A stretch of 64,000 nucleotides of DNA, from positions 2,656,001 to 2,720,000 of the forward strand of contig OZ244042.1 of assembly GCA_965215015.1 (NCBI GenBank), in the 5' to 3' direction. Made by a program: the position numbers and the translations under genes. Below, in pieces: positions 17,794 to 28,640 of the stretch (the stretch's first letter is position 1; the number at the start of each line of letters is the position of its first letter). The notes beneath the pieces were generated by a model. That model did no database searches. It was not told the origin of the DNA and saw only the letters and a list, made by a program, of their open reading frames with translations. This DNA comes from Candidatus Poribacteria bacterium (GTDB lineage: Bacteria > Poribacteria > WGA-4E > PCPOR2b).

Positions 17794-19524
17794 ATGAAAC
17801 TTTCACCTATTGATGGCGTAATCATCATTAGTTACATTTTTTTCGCGCTCGGACTCGGTATCTACTATTCCAAACGTGCTGGGAGAAATATTAACGAATT
17901 TTTCGTTTCCGGTCGAAATTTGCCGTGGTGGCTCGCAGGCACTTCGATGGTTGCAACGACATTTGCCGCGGATACACCGTTGGCGGTCACAGGCCTTGTC
18001 GTCAAGGACGGAATTGCGGGAAATTGGCTATGGTGGAACATGGTCTTGAGCGGGATGTTAGCGACATTCCTGTTCTCCCGGCTCTGGCGGCGAGCGGAGG
18101 TTATCACCGATGTTGAATTGACGGAATTGCGTTATGCCGGCAGATCCGCCAGTTTGCTGCGTGGCTTTCGCGCCCTATACATCGGTTTGCCAATTAATTG
18201 TATCACGATGGGCTGGGTGATTTTGGCGATGCAGAAGATTATTGTGTTGACCTTCAATCTGCCGGACACCGGAACATCAAAAGTGCTTGTTGTCCTGGCG
18301 TGTATGTTGATTGCGGGCCTTTACTGTGCGCTGTCAGGGTTTTGGGGTGTTGTCATAACGGACTTGGTTCAATTCGGGATGGCGATGATTGGATCAATTG
18401 CGTTAGGAGTTATCGCTATCTCCAAGGTCGGGGGTATAGGTGTCCTGAAGACCAAGCTGTCGGAGATACACGGGGTAGACCATTCGATTCTGCACTTCCT
18501 TCCGGATTTTGGTGCTGGTGAGATGGCGATACTGACCTTCGGGGTTTACCTCGGTGTCCAGTGGTGGGCGGCAAACGGGGTGGATGGCGGCGGCTACATC
18601 GCTCAGCGGATGTTTGCAGCGAAGGACGAGCGCAACACATTGCTTGCCACGCTATGGTTCAATATTGCACACTATACGTTGCGTCCTTGGCCATGGATTC
18701 TGGTCGCTCTCGTATCGATGGTTGTCTACCCAAACCTCAATGATCCGGAAGCGGGTTATCCAAAGTTGATGCTCGAATACTTGCCCACAGGATTGCTGGG
18801 GCTTATGCTCACAGCGTTTCTTGCAGCGTTTATGTCAACGATTGATACCCACCTAAACTGGGGAGCATCCTATCTCATCAATGATTTCTACAAACGCTTT
18901 TTCAAACCAGAGGCTGACGATCGCCACTATGTGGTTGTTTCCCGCATCTCGGTCGTGCTAATCATGCTCGTTGCAGGCGTGACCAGTCTATTCATGGATT
19001 CGATTGCGGGGGCGTGGAAATTCCTGATTGCTCTCAACGCAGGTATCGGACTCGTGCAGATTTTGCGGTGGTACTGGTGGCGGATTAACGCGTGGTCAGA
19101 AATTGCCGCAATGGTTACTTCCGCGATTGTATCAGCGATTGTATTCACGTTGCCCCAGACAAAAGATACCTTCGCGTATCAGATGTTGATCATCGTCCCA
19201 ATTTCAACACTGAGCTGGATCGCCACAACTTTGGTAACCGCCCCCGTTTCAGAAGAGAGGTTGATTACATTCTATCAACGGGTCCGACCGAATGGCGGCT
19301 GGTGGGGACACATCCCTAGCCTCGCAAACGTCAAACCGATTGCCGAAAGCAGTACACCGGCACTACTCAACTGGGTATTGGGTTCGGCATTTGTGTATTC
19401 CACATTGTTTGGGTTTGGCAAATTGCTGTTGGGATTTTACGGTGCCGGAATCTTTTTTCTGCTAATTGCGTTAATCACAGGAGGTCTGGTCTATCGCGGA
19501 TTACCAATTAGATTTACCAATTAG
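17794..19524 (+). CDS. Sodium:solute symporter family transporter
   Basis: FFVSGRNLPWW..G.SMVAT, YIAQRMFAAKDE, AAFMST; many TM helices. Confidence 0.92.
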   Translation: MKLSPIDGVIIISYIFFALGLGIYYSKRAGRNINEFFVSGRNLPWWLAGTSMVATTFAADTPLAVTGLVVKDGIAGNWLWWNMVLSGMLATFLFSRLWRRAEVITDVELTELRYAGRSASLLRGFRALYIGLPINCITMGWVILAMQKIIVLTFNLPDTGTSKVLVVLACMLIAGLYCALSGFWGVVITDLVQFGMAMIGSIALGVIAISKVGGIGVLKTKLSEIHGVDHSILHFLPDFGAGEMAILTFGVYLGVQWWAANGVDGGGYIAQRMFAAKDERNTLLATLWFNIAHYTLRPWPWILVALVSMVVYPNLNDPEAGYPKLMLEYLPTGLLGLMLTAFLAAFMSTIDTHLNWGASYLINDFYKRFFKPEADDRHYVVVSRISVVLIMLVAGVTSLFMDSIAGAWKFLIALNAGIGLVQILRWYWWRINAWSEIAAMVTSAIVSAIVFTLPQTKDTFAYQMLIIVPISTLSWIATTLVTAPVSEERLITFYQRVRPNGGWWGHIPSLANVKPIAESSTPALLNWVLGSAFVYSTLFGFGKLLLGFYGAGIFFLLIALITGGLVYRGLPIRFTN

Positions 19525-19775
19525 ATAAAGTAGTAGCAAAAAACGCATCAATCCTATATCAGCAACATCCACAACACTGAGCGCAGCAGCATTTCTCAAC
19601 CAATCACTTATCGAATAAAAGAAAGAGTTCAAAGATGTAAAGGAGGTAATTCGGTGGATTCAGGAACAAGCACCGGGCAACTCAGTGGTCCAATATCCTC
19701 TTGAAGCCTATCTGTAGTCGCTCGAATTGACTTAAGAATTGGTTAATCAGTTTTGTTTCAGATTACCGTAACGAT

Positions 19776-21989
19776 ATGCTAAAAAAAATACTGTACAGTT
19801 ATCTACTCCCTATTGCCCTCACTGTTTGTATAATTCCACAGGGGTTTGCAGAATCCCATTTTGAAAAGGCACTTACCCTCGTAGATCAGGCAAACTATGC
19901 TCAGGCCGCCCGGAGCCTGGAAGATTTACTCAAAACGCAGCCCACCCATCCAGAGAAACAGGCTATCCATCATGTGCTCGCTTACTGTTATGAAAAAGGG
20001 CAGAAATGGGCAAAAGCGATTGAACATTATACGCACGCCCTTTCCCCAACATATCCCTTGACAGATTATGTCCTCTACCATCTGGCAAAATCATACGGGC
20101 AGATGAAAGACAATCAAAACGCTATCATCTGGTATCAACGGCTAGTTGATGAACACCCGCAGAGTTTGCATCTTGCTAGCGCAAGGTACGAACTCAGCAA
20201 GGCCCACTATTATGCTGGCAACCACGCCATCGCACTCAAAGGCTTTTTAGGGCTTATCACCGATTCAAAAAACAGGTATGTCAGGAAAGCAACCTATCAG
20301 GCTGCAAGGACCTATGAAAAACTGGGTGAATGGAAGAAGGCTCAGGACACCTACCAAAAACTTCTTCATGCAAACGACGCGGATACGATTGCGAAAAGTT
20401 CGCTTGACGCACTTCAAAAACTGGTCGCAGGACATGCAGAACTCCAGATTACTCGGAATCAACGTATGACGCACGGCATGGTAAGATTCAATGTCGGTCA
20501 ACTGACGAGTGCACTCTCGGAATTTCGCAAAGCTGCCACAGGCACTAAGGATACAATTACCGCGCGTGCCACCTATTATATCGGTCGCATATACTACCGT
20601 CAGCGCAAATATGATTCAGCACTTGAGGCATACAACAAAATCGTTGCTCTCTACCCGGCCAGTGGCTATCTCACGCGGGCACTTTACCAGTCAACGCTTT
20701 GCTACCGGCGTAAGAAACAGCCGCAAATGGCTGAGAAATATTTAAACGCCTTTATCGAAAAATACAGTTGGAGTGCCCTAGCAGACAATGCGCTATATGA
20801 TCTCGGATGGGTGCTGGAGAACGAGAAACAGTATGATAAAGCCATTGCTTCCTACCGTCGTTTAACGAGTCAATATACGCACAGCACCCTGTTGCCGCGA
20901 GCATACTGGCGAATAGGTTGGATCCAATTTAGGAACGAACGATATGTGGATTGCATTCAAACCTTCACAACCTTGATGAAAGGGTTCCCAAATGATAGTT
21001 TCGCTAAGGCGGCACTCTTCTGGATAGGAAAAAGCCATGAACGTCAAAATCAGTTAAAGGCAGCGGAAACCGCATATAGTGAAATCGTGAAGGCAAATCA
21101 CTGGTATTACAGTGCTCCGGCAAAAGAGCACCTTAAACGCCTCCGGTCAAAAATCGATGCCCCCATCAAACCTGAAACGCTAGAGATCCCTCGCGCCCGT
21201 GTAACCTTGGATAGCCCTGCCTGGAAAAACATCGGATCTAAGAAAACGCCTCGTGTGGAGCAACTGATGCGTCTCAAGCTTTTTGAGGATGCTTTGACTG
21301 AACTTGAAGACACTATTCAGCGCAACAGCGCAAATCTTCGAGATAATTACTATAATCTTATCTTATGTCTCGAGAAACTCAAGAAGTTTCAACAGGCACA
21401 CCGATATGCAGACAAGCTATCAAAGCTCCAACCCCTTCGCGGTAAAAACAACGCTATACCGATAGAACTTTACCGCCTCCTCTATCCGCTTTATTACACG
21501 GATTATCTTCAAAAACATACGACAAACTACGAAATTGACGCGCTGTTTGTTGCTGCAATGATTCGCGAGGAAAGCCGGTACAACGCCGATATCGTTTCTC
21601 GTTCCGGCGCGGTAGGTCTGATGCAGATTATGCCTGCAACTGGGCGCGAGTTAGCGAACCGTCTCAAAATTCCTCGATTTAGCATAAAGATGTTGTATAA
21701 TCCGGATGTCAATATTCAGATGGGAACATGGTACATGAAAAGTCTGATGAATCAGTTCGACAACAATCACGCGCTGGTCGCGGGGGCGTACAACGGCGGT
21801 CCTGGTCGGATGCGGCGTTGGATAGAGGCAAAGAAGATTCCGGATTTGGATGAGTTTGTCGAAGATATTTGGATAGACGAAACACGGCGTCACATCAAAA
21901 AAGTCATTGACAGCTATATCATCTATCAGGAGCTTTACTCAAACCCCACTCCCACCTCCACAAAAAAATTGTCTCAAACGGATGGTTAA
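19776..21989 (+). CDS. TPR-rich soluble lytic transglycosylase (SLT domain)
   Basis: Signal peptide, TPRs, IREES, GAVGLMQIMP, AYNGG, ETR. Confidence 0.92.
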   Translation: MLKKILYSYLLPIALTVCIIPQGFAESHFEKALTLVDQANYAQAARSLEDLLKTQPTHPEKQAIHHVLAYCYEKGQKWAKAIEHYTHALSPTYPLTDYVLYHLAKSYGQMKDNQNAIIWYQRLVDEHPQSLHLASARYELSKAHYYAGNHAIALKGFLGLITDSKNRYVRKATYQAARTYEKLGEWKKAQDTYQKLLHANDADTIAKSSLDALQKLVAGHAELQITRNQRMTHGMVRFNVGQLTSALSEFRKAATGTKDTITARATYYIGRIYYRQRKYDSALEAYNKIVALYPASGYLTRALYQSTLCYRRKKQPQMAEKYLNAFIEKYSWSALADNALYDLGWVLENEKQYDKAIASYRRLTSQYTHSTLLPRAYWRIGWIQFRNERYVDCIQTFTTLMKGFPNDSFAKAALFWIGKSHERQNQLKAAETAYSEIVKANHWYYSAPAKEHLKRLRSKIDAPIKPETLEIPRARVTLDSPAWKNIGSKKTPRVEQLMRLKLFEDALTELEDTIQRNSANLRDNYYNLILCLEKLKKFQQAHRYADKLSKLQPLRGKNNAIPIELYRLLYPLYYTDYLQKHTTNYEIDALFVAAMIREESRYNADIVSRSGAVGLMQIMPATGRELANRLKIPRFSIKMLYNPDVNIQMGTWYMKSLMNQFDNNHALVAGAYNGGPGRMRRWIEAKKIPDLDEFVEDIWIDETRRHIKKVIDSYIIYQELYSNPTPTSTKKLSQTDG

Positions 21990-22075
21990 ATTGTGAGGGA
22001 ATGCTCCCGCTAAGTCTACGTTAGGTCTTCGGACGAACATAGGAAAATCACCCGATACTCGAAAGGATAATTGCT

Positions 22076-22867
22076 ATGAGGCATACAATCGGCTGCACAA
22101 CCCGCCCCTACGGTTCACTTACATTCTCCGAAGCCTGCGAGCACATCGCGGCTGCCGGATACACCGATGTTGCACTGTTTGCCAACGCAGGTCAGGTCCC
22201 CGTGCAGGCGGATAGCACGGCCGCGGAGATTGCAGAAACCCGCAAAGCCGCAGACGCCGCTGGATTGACCCCCTCAATGCTAATCGGCAGTACGAAATTG
22301 AATCTCGGCTTGGAAGCCGCTGTCGATGATTACAAACGACTCATCGACAATGCCGCTGCGGTCGGCACGAAGTGGTTGCTCGATTGTGGTACAGGGAACG
22401 AAGCGCACTATGTAGACTATTTTGAGTTGATGCGTCGGGCTGCGCCACATGCAGCGGCAACGGGTGTCAACATTACCATGAAACCACACGGTGGAATCAG
22501 CCTGACCATCCAAGATCTCATCGATGCTGATGATAAAGTAAATCACTCCGCCTTTGGGATTTGCTATGATCCGGGCAATATCATCTACTATACCAAAGGC
22601 AATCTTCGGCCTGAAACCGATATAGCGACGATCGCGCCAAAAGTGACAACGACGATTATCAAGGATTGTGTCGTTGAGGATGGTGTTCCTGATGTGATGG
22701 TCACGCCGGGCGAGGGGCTTGTCGATTTTGAGACAGTCCTCAACGGGCTTGTCAACAACGGTTTTGAGGGGCCATTATATGTCGAGTGTGTTGGTGGGGC
22801 AACGGTGGACGAAATCAACAGAAACACCAAAGCAACGCTCAAGTTTGTGAGCGATATTTTGGGGTAA
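22076..22867 (+). CDS. Sugar phosphate isomerase/epimerase (AP_endonuc_2 TIM barrel)
   Basis: YDPGN, IKD, PGEG.VDF, F.GPLYVE. Confidence 0.82.
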   Translation: MRHTIGCTTRPYGSLTFSEACEHIAAAGYTDVALFANAGQVPVQADSTAAEIAETRKAADAAGLTPSMLIGSTKLNLGLEAAVDDYKRLIDNAAAVGTKWLLDCGTGNEAHYVDYFELMRRAAPHAAATGVNITMKPHGGISLTIQDLIDADDKVNHSAFGICYDPGNIIYYTKGNLRPETDIATIAPKVTTTIIKDCVVEDGVPDVMVTPGEGLVDFETVLNGLVNNGFEGPLYVECVGGATVDEINRNTKATLKFVSDILG

Positions 22868-22919
22868 AATCTTTTTGGTTCATTTGAAAATTTAACGCAA
22901 AGGTGCCCGGAGGACAACA

Positions 22920-23963
22920 ATGAAAATTACTCGTCTTGAAACCGAATTATATATCGCCCCGTCGCCGGAGCGTCCAATCACCGATGCACTCCGTGCCAAT
23001 AGACATCCGGGGCGTGTTCACATCAAAGTTCACGTTGATAAAGGTCTCGTTGGTAGTTCATCGGTTGGGTTCTCCTCGATTCGGGGTGCAAACCAGACGC
23101 TCCAGACTATGCTTGATGCGGAGGTCGCTCCGTTACTTGCGGGACGGGATCCGCTCGCTATTCAACTGATTCATGAGGACCTGAAGCGGGCATTGGAAGA
23201 ACAGGCTCTCCATGGCATGACAATGTATGCCCTCACGGCTGTGAATGTCGCCCTTTGGGACATCTTTGGACAGGAGACAGGGCAACCCGTGCACCGCCTT
23301 GTCGGTCAGGCGAAAGATCGGGTGCCCGCCTATACGATGGTTGGCTGGATGCACTTAGATCTCGACGAACTCAAGGAGGTCTGCACGAAAGCGGCCGAAC
23401 AAGGGTTTAAGGCGGTGAAGGTCAAGGTCGGTTCGCCGACACTGGAGGCGGACATCCGACGACTGGAGACGATTCGGGCGGAGATTGGTCCAGATATAAC
23501 GATTATGGTAGATGCCAATCAGACACTCACGGTGTTTGAGGCGTTGCGTCGTGGACAGGTGTTTCAGGAGATGGGGGTATTTTGGTTAGAGGAACCGCTG
23601 CCCGCCCGCAATTACGATGATTATGCCGAACTTGCACATGGGCTTGCCATGCCCATCGCCACCGGTGAAAACCTTTACGGAAAGGAAGAGTTTAAGGAAC
23701 TCCTCGTCCGTCGGGGGATAGACATCGTGCAGGTCGATCTCGCTCGCCTCGGCGGCTTCTCCGAATGTGTTGCCACCGGTCTGATGGCAGCGGCGTTTGG
23801 TGTGCCGTGCTGCACGCATGGTGGAGGCCTGATAAACCTGAATATCCTGTGTGCCCTGCCCAATACGCTGTATTTGGAAACGGGGCTACTGACCGATGAA
23901 GAACGGGATCACTTCGTTGATGGTTGTTTCCAAGCACCGGAGGGCGCTGGATTTTCATGGTAG
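22920..23963 (+). CDS. Mandelate racemase subgroup enzyme
   Basis: KVK, DAN, EEP, GEN, QVD, TH motifs. Confidence 0.9.
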   Translation: MKITRLETELYIAPSPERPITDALRANRHPGRVHIKVHVDKGLVGSSSVGFSSIRGANQTLQTMLDAEVAPLLAGRDPLAIQLIHEDLKRALEEQALHGMTMYALTAVNVALWDIFGQETGQPVHRLVGQAKDRVPAYTMVGWMHLDLDELKEVCTKAAEQGFKAVKVKVGSPTLEADIRRLETIRAEIGPDITIMVDANQTLTVFEALRRGQVFQEMGVFWLEEPLPARNYDDYAELAHGLAMPIATGENLYGKEEFKELLVRRGIDIVQVDLARLGGFSECVATGLMAAAFGVPCCTHGGGLINLNILCALPNTLYLETGLLTDEERDHFVDGCFQAPEGAGFSW

Positions 23964-24009
23964 GATAGATTGGAGTCTCAACTAACAGCTAAGAACGAGG
24001 CAAAAAATA

Positions 24010-25068
24010 ATGGGACAAAGCCAAGATAAATTGCGCGTCGCGGTTGCAGGCTGCCACCGTATGACACACCGTAGCCCGGGCAGTCATAATTTTGCGACTG
24101 CGTTTCACGCCGTGCCGGAGACAGATGTGGTCGCGGTGTTTGACCTCGGTGCGAACACCCGAACGGAATTTGTGGATTGCTGGCGAGAGGTTTGGGGGAA
24201 CCTCCCAACCTATCACGACTATCAACAGATGCTTAGGGAAATTCAGCCGGACCTGTTGTGCATCGCCACGCGCCAAACGATGCACGCCGACCAGATTGAG
24301 TTAGCTGTCCAGACTGGGGTGCGTGGCATTTTATGCGACAAACCCCTCGCGACCAATTTAGAAGAGATGGACAGAATCGTCGCCGCATGTCAAGAGGTGC
24401 CGCTGCTTTTCGCGTTAGACCGTCGCTGGATGCCCCGATATTGTTCACTCCGAGAGTTGGTTGCCGAGGGCGTAATTGGGGAGGTCACAAGTGCGACCGC
24501 CTATGCGCTGTCCAACTTGATTAATCATGGCTGCCACTCGTATGATGCGATTCTGGGCTTGGCGGGGGATGTCGAGCCGGTGTGGGTCAGCGGACTGGTA
24601 GACGATGTTTCAGACGAACCGCCTAATTCGCGGCGACGTATGGATCCAGCTGGACACGCACAAATTGGTCTTGCGAATGGAGCAGTACTTTACGTTACCC
24701 CAGGCGGTCGTCACGAAAACTCAGGAATGACTTTTGAAGTTGTGGGCGAAAATGGGCACTTGTTTCTACTTGATGATGCTAATGAGAGCTATCTTTGGTC
24801 AGCGGATAATCAATCTGGGGCAGGATTGCGTCCATTAGACCTGCCGGAGGAGATCGAACCGTGGCCCGCTGGCAAGGCGATGGTGAACGATTTGGTGCAC
24901 GCTGTGCAAACGGATGGACGAACCGCCTGCGACATTGAACATGCCCGTTATGCAACCGAGATAGGCTTCGCGATTCACGGTTCATCAATGCAAGGAGGAG
25001 CTAAGGTTGACTTGCCACTCGCCGAACGATCATTCCGTATTGAATCATATCCTTGGGGCAATGAATAA
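24010..25068 (+). CDS. Gfo/Idh/MocA oxidoreductase
   Basis: VAVAGC, CDKP, NHGCH.YD. Confidence 0.85.
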   Translation: MGQSQDKLRVAVAGCHRMTHRSPGSHNFATAFHAVPETDVVAVFDLGANTRTEFVDCWREVWGNLPTYHDYQQMLREIQPDLLCIATRQTMHADQIELAVQTGVRGILCDKPLATNLEEMDRIVAACQEVPLLFALDRRWMPRYCSLRELVAEGVIGEVTSATAYALSNLINHGCHSYDAILGLAGDVEPVWVSGLVDDVSDEPPNSRRRMDPAGHAQIGLANGAVLYVTPGGRHENSGMTFEVVGENGHLFLLDDANESYLWSADNQSGAGLRPLDLPEEIEPWPAGKAMVNDLVHAVQTDGRTACDIEHARYATEIGFAIHGSSMQGGAKVDLPLAERSFRIESYPWGNE

Positions 25069-25175
25069 AACGTGAAAACAGTTGTCCATGAGTTCAACAA
25101 TGAACTGTTGAGCGAGATGAAAACAACATCCTCACTAACTTGCACCAAAGGTTATAGAGGGAGGGAAATAAGCTG

Positions 25176-26339
25176 ATGAAGATTAAGGAGATAAAAGCCG
25201 CAGAGATAGACATCTCGCCCAGACCCAAAACTCAGCCACGGAGTTCGCCGCCGCCAGATCGACCCGACTCACCAAGCCCAATGGCTCGCTATCCGACCTA
25301 CAGAGCGCGGCGTTCGTCGTGGGGAGCTAGCTGGAATCGAGTGGGCTGCGTAATCACCGCTGACGACGGCACCTTTGGCGTCGGTGTTACCATTAATGGG
25401 GGACCGGTGGTCAAAATCATCAACGATCATTTCGCCCAATACCTTGTGGGCGAAAATTGCATGGCGACGGAGAAGTTATTTGATATGATGTTCCGCATGG
25501 CTGCCCCTTACGGCAGCACCGGACCGACGAGCTATGCTATCAGTGCTGTTGATCTTGCCCTGTGGGATCTGAAGGGTAAGCTGCTAAACAGGCCGGTTTA
25601 TGAACTGCTCGGTGGGCCTCAGAAGGAAAGCATCTTCTGCTACTCCACCGGATTTGAGACCGAATGGTACATGGAGTTGGGATTCAAGGCAACCAAACTT
25701 CCGCTGCCCTATGGTCCCGCGGATGGGTTGGAAGGTCTCAACAAAAATGAGGTAGAAGTCGCTAGAACGCGAGAGCTAATCGGCGATGACGTAGAATTGA
25801 TGCTGGACTGCTGGATGTCGCTGGATGTGGAGTATACTATCCGTCTTGCCGAGCTGTTGAAACCCTACCGGCTTAAGTGGATAGAGGATTATTTGATACC
25901 AGAAGATTTTGAGGGGTTCGCTCAGGTGCGTCAGCGATTACCTTGGCAGACACTTGCTACCGGGGAACATTGGTATATGCCGTTGCCCTTCTCAATGGCC
26001 GCCAGTCAGCACCTTGTAGATATATTCCAACCGGATGTGCTATGGGCGGGCGGAATCACGTCGTGCGTTCGGATTTGTCACCTCGCCGAAGCCGCCTGTA
26101 TCTCGGTAATCACCCACGGCGGCATGAACTATCCCTACGGACAGCATCTCGCCTTTGCGATGCCCGCCATCCCCTGGGGTGAACGCTCCGAGGGTGTCTC
26201 GCCACCGGGCGTGCCGCCTGAAGAGATGGTCGCCATCCCCGGAACAGCTGTGATCCGAGACGGCCATCTGGTGCCCAACAATGCACCGGGATTTGGGATT
26301 GAGGTCAGTAAGGATTGGCTGGAAAGTGTCACTGTGTAG
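25176..26339 (+). CDS. rhmD: L-rhamnonate dehydratase-like enolase superfamily enzyme
   Basis: SPMARYP.Y...RSSW, KLPLPYGP.DG.EGL, DCWMSLD, GEH. Confidence 0.7.
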   Translation: MKIKEIKAAEIDISPRPKTQPRSSPPPDRPDSPSPMARYPTYRARRSSWGASWNRVGCVITADDGTFGVGVTINGGPVVKIINDHFAQYLVGENCMATEKLFDMMFRMAAPYGSTGPTSYAISAVDLALWDLKGKLLNRPVYELLGGPQKESIFCYSTGFETEWYMELGFKATKLPLPYGPADGLEGLNKNEVEVARTRELIGDDVELMLDCWMSLDVEYTIRLAELLKPYRLKWIEDYLIPEDFEGFAQVRQRLPWQTLATGEHWYMPLPFSMAASQHLVDIFQPDVLWAGGITSCVRICHLAEAACISVITHGGMNYPYGQHLAFAMPAIPWGERSEGVSPPGVPPEEMVAIPGTAVIRDGHLVPNNAPGFGIEVSKDWLESVTV

Positions 26340-26422
26340 TAAAGAAATAGGGGCGTGCTATCACTTTGGATTGGCAAATCCCAGCAGAGGCTTTTAAACA
26401 TCCTAGCGTCCTTGCGTCGAAA

Positions 26423-27298
26423 TCAAACAGTGCTCGAATCAAACAGAAACGGTTTATCGCCACAGATTGTTGTTCTGTGCATGTGCCGCTGCGTGTCTTC
26501 CCCATAATCCCGAATGGCATGATGAATCGTGCAGCGGTTGTCCCAGAAAACCAAATCGTTCACCTGCCACCGGTGCCGATAGATGAAGGCGGGTTGAGTA
26601 ATATGCTGGAAGAGATACTCCAACAGCGGCTCGCTCTCTTCCTCCGTCATATCGACAAAACGCGATGTAAAGCCGGGGTTGATGAATAATGCTTTACGGC
26701 CGGTTGTTGGATGGGTGCGGACCACCGGATGCTCAACAGGCGGTGTCTTTTTTCTCGCCGATTCATTGAGCCGTGCGGTCGACCCTCTCTTTGAGAAAAA
26801 GCGTTTATCCGCATGACCAAAATCGTGAACCGCCCCAAGCTGTGCTAGCAGCCGTTGCAACCCCGCCGAAAGCGTCTCATACGCCAGATACATGTTGGCG
26901 AACATCGTGTCCCCGCCTATCTCAGGGATTTGCAGCGCATACATCATTGATCCCATCGCTGGCACTGTCATATAGCTCAGATCCGAATGCCAATAGGTGC
27001 CGGCGTATGCCCTGCCCTTTGGCTTTCCATCTTTGACCACATTGGAAATCACATAGATTTCCGGGTAACCTTCCAGTAACGCCTCAGAGATGACATGCGT
27101 CTCAAGGGACCCGAACCGACGACTGAATCCAATGTGCTGCGCTGGCGTCAGATGCTGATCACGGAAGACAAGTACCCCATGTTCGGCAATCGCCTGTTCA
27201 AGCATTCCAAAAATATCCGGGGATACGGGAATCGAAAGATTGATACCTTTTACTACGGCACCCACCGCCGGCGACACCCTTTGGATTGAAATTGACAT
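26423..27298 (-). CDS. TauD/TfdA Fe(II)/2-oxoglutarate dioxygenase
   Basis: WHSD, GGDT.F, HPVVR.HP.TGRK, WDNR.T.H; SD GGAGG before ATG 27298. Confidence 0.92.
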   Translation of the reverse strand: MSISIQRVSPAVGAVVKGINLSIPVSPDIFGMLEQAIAEHGVLVFRDQHLTPAQHIGFSRRFGSLETHVISEALLEGYPEIYVISNVVKDGKPKGRAYAGTYWHSDLSYMTVPAMGSMMYALQIPEIGGDTMFANMYLAYETLSAGLQRLLAQLGAVHDFGHADKRFFSKRGSTARLNESARKKTPPVEHPVVRTHPTTGRKALFINPGFTSRFVDMTEEESEPLLEYLFQHITQPAFIYRHRWQVNDLVFWDNRCTIHHAIRDYGEDTQRHMHRTTICGDKPFLFDSSTV

Positions 27299-27353
27299 TT
27301 GTGCCCCTCCTTCCCTCAACAAAAATGTGGATGTGATGTGCCATTGTGTGGCT

Positions 27354-28520
27354 TCAAACCCATTCGGTATCCTGCTTGGACTGCCATGTTGCGTTACGGC
27401 TATAGCCCTCTGCCTCACGTCGCACTACGGGTGGATTTGCCCGCAACACTTCCTCGTCCATTTCAATCCCGATGCCGGGAGCAGCTGGGATGTCAAAATA
27501 TCCCTCCTTCTGGCGAGGAAATTCACCGATGACGACCTGATCAAACCATGGTGCATGACCACCCTCTTGAATCATGAAGTTCGTTGTACAGACATCGACT
27601 TGTAATGCCGCCATTGTGTTGACCGGACCGTAGGGATTGTGAGGCTGAAAACCGACATAGTACGCCTCCGCCATCGCGGCAATCTTCTTCAGTTCCGAAA
27701 TCCCACCCGCGTGGCAAACATCCGGCTGAATCAGTGCCACAACCTGTTTTTCAAGGAGCTCAACAAATCCCCACTTGGTGTAGAGTCTTTCCCCAGTTGC
27801 GAGCGGTATATTCACAGCTTCCGCCACCTTCACCATGGCATCAACATTTTGGGGCGGGACCGGTTCTTCGTAGACGTACGGTCGAAATTCCTCCAACGCA
27901 TTGCCGATTCGGATTGCCGACGACGGTGACAATCTCCCGTGCACTTCGACCAACAACTCCACATCGTCTCCAACCGCCTCCCGTACTGCTTTTACCTTAG
28001 CGATAGCATCCCGCTCCGCTTCCGCGGTGATGAACAATCCTTGGTGACCAAAGGGGTCCCCCTTTAACGCGGTCAGGCCCGTATCAACTTGGCGTCGGGC
28101 ATGCTCAACGGCAAGCTCAGGCGTTTCGCCATCGAAGCGCCCATATGTCCAGATTCGATCGCGCATTTGCCCGCCCAACAGTTGCCATACCGGCGCGTTA
28201 AATGCCTTGCCTTTGATATCCCAGAGCGCAATTTCTATTCCACTGATCGCCGCCATCTGGATTACACCACCGCGCACATTATGATAGAGATGATAGAGCC
28301 GTTGCCAGTGTTCCTCAATCCGAAACGGATCTTTGCCAACCAACGTCGCTCCAATTTCTTCTATAACGTGCGCGACAGATAAGGGACCACATGTTGACTC
28401 GCCCCAGCCAACGATGCCCTCATCCGTCGAAATTTTGACGTAAACGTAATTATTTCGCCCCCCTCGCCTATTGGATACTGGCGGAGCACTGGGAATTGCT
28501 TCAACTTTCGTAATTTTCAT
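27354..28520 (-). CDS. dgoD: Galactonate dehydratase-like enzyme
   Basis: EVHGR, EEP, ATGERL, QPD..H.GGI, PHNP.GP, IQE. Confidence 0.7.
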   Translation of the reverse strand: MKITKVEAIPSAPPVSNRRGGRNNYVYVKISTDEGIVGWGESTCGPLSVAHVIEEIGATLVGKDPFRIEEHWQRLYHLYHNVRGGVIQMAAISGIEIALWDIKGKAFNAPVWQLLGGQMRDRIWTYGRFDGETPELAVEHARRQVDTGLTALKGDPFGHQGLFITAEAERDAIAKVKAVREAVGDDVELLVEVHGRLSPSSAIRIGNALEEFRPYVYEEPVPPQNVDAMVKVAEAVNIPLATGERLYTKWGFVELLEKQVVALIQPDVCHAGGISELKKIAAMAEAYYVGFQPHNPYGPVNTMAALQVDVCTTNFMIQEGGHAPWFDQVVIGEFPRQKEGYFDIPAAPGIGIEMDEEVLRANPPVVRREAEGYSRNATWQSKQDTEWV

Positions 28521-28640
28521 CCGATAAACCTCCTTGTGTAGAATTTGCGGGGCAACCAGAAAACAGGAAATTGCACGCAATGGCGCAAGGTCTTTCTTAT
28601 ATTCATAGCGTCTTAGCGTTTTATTTTTTTTCTCGCTTTC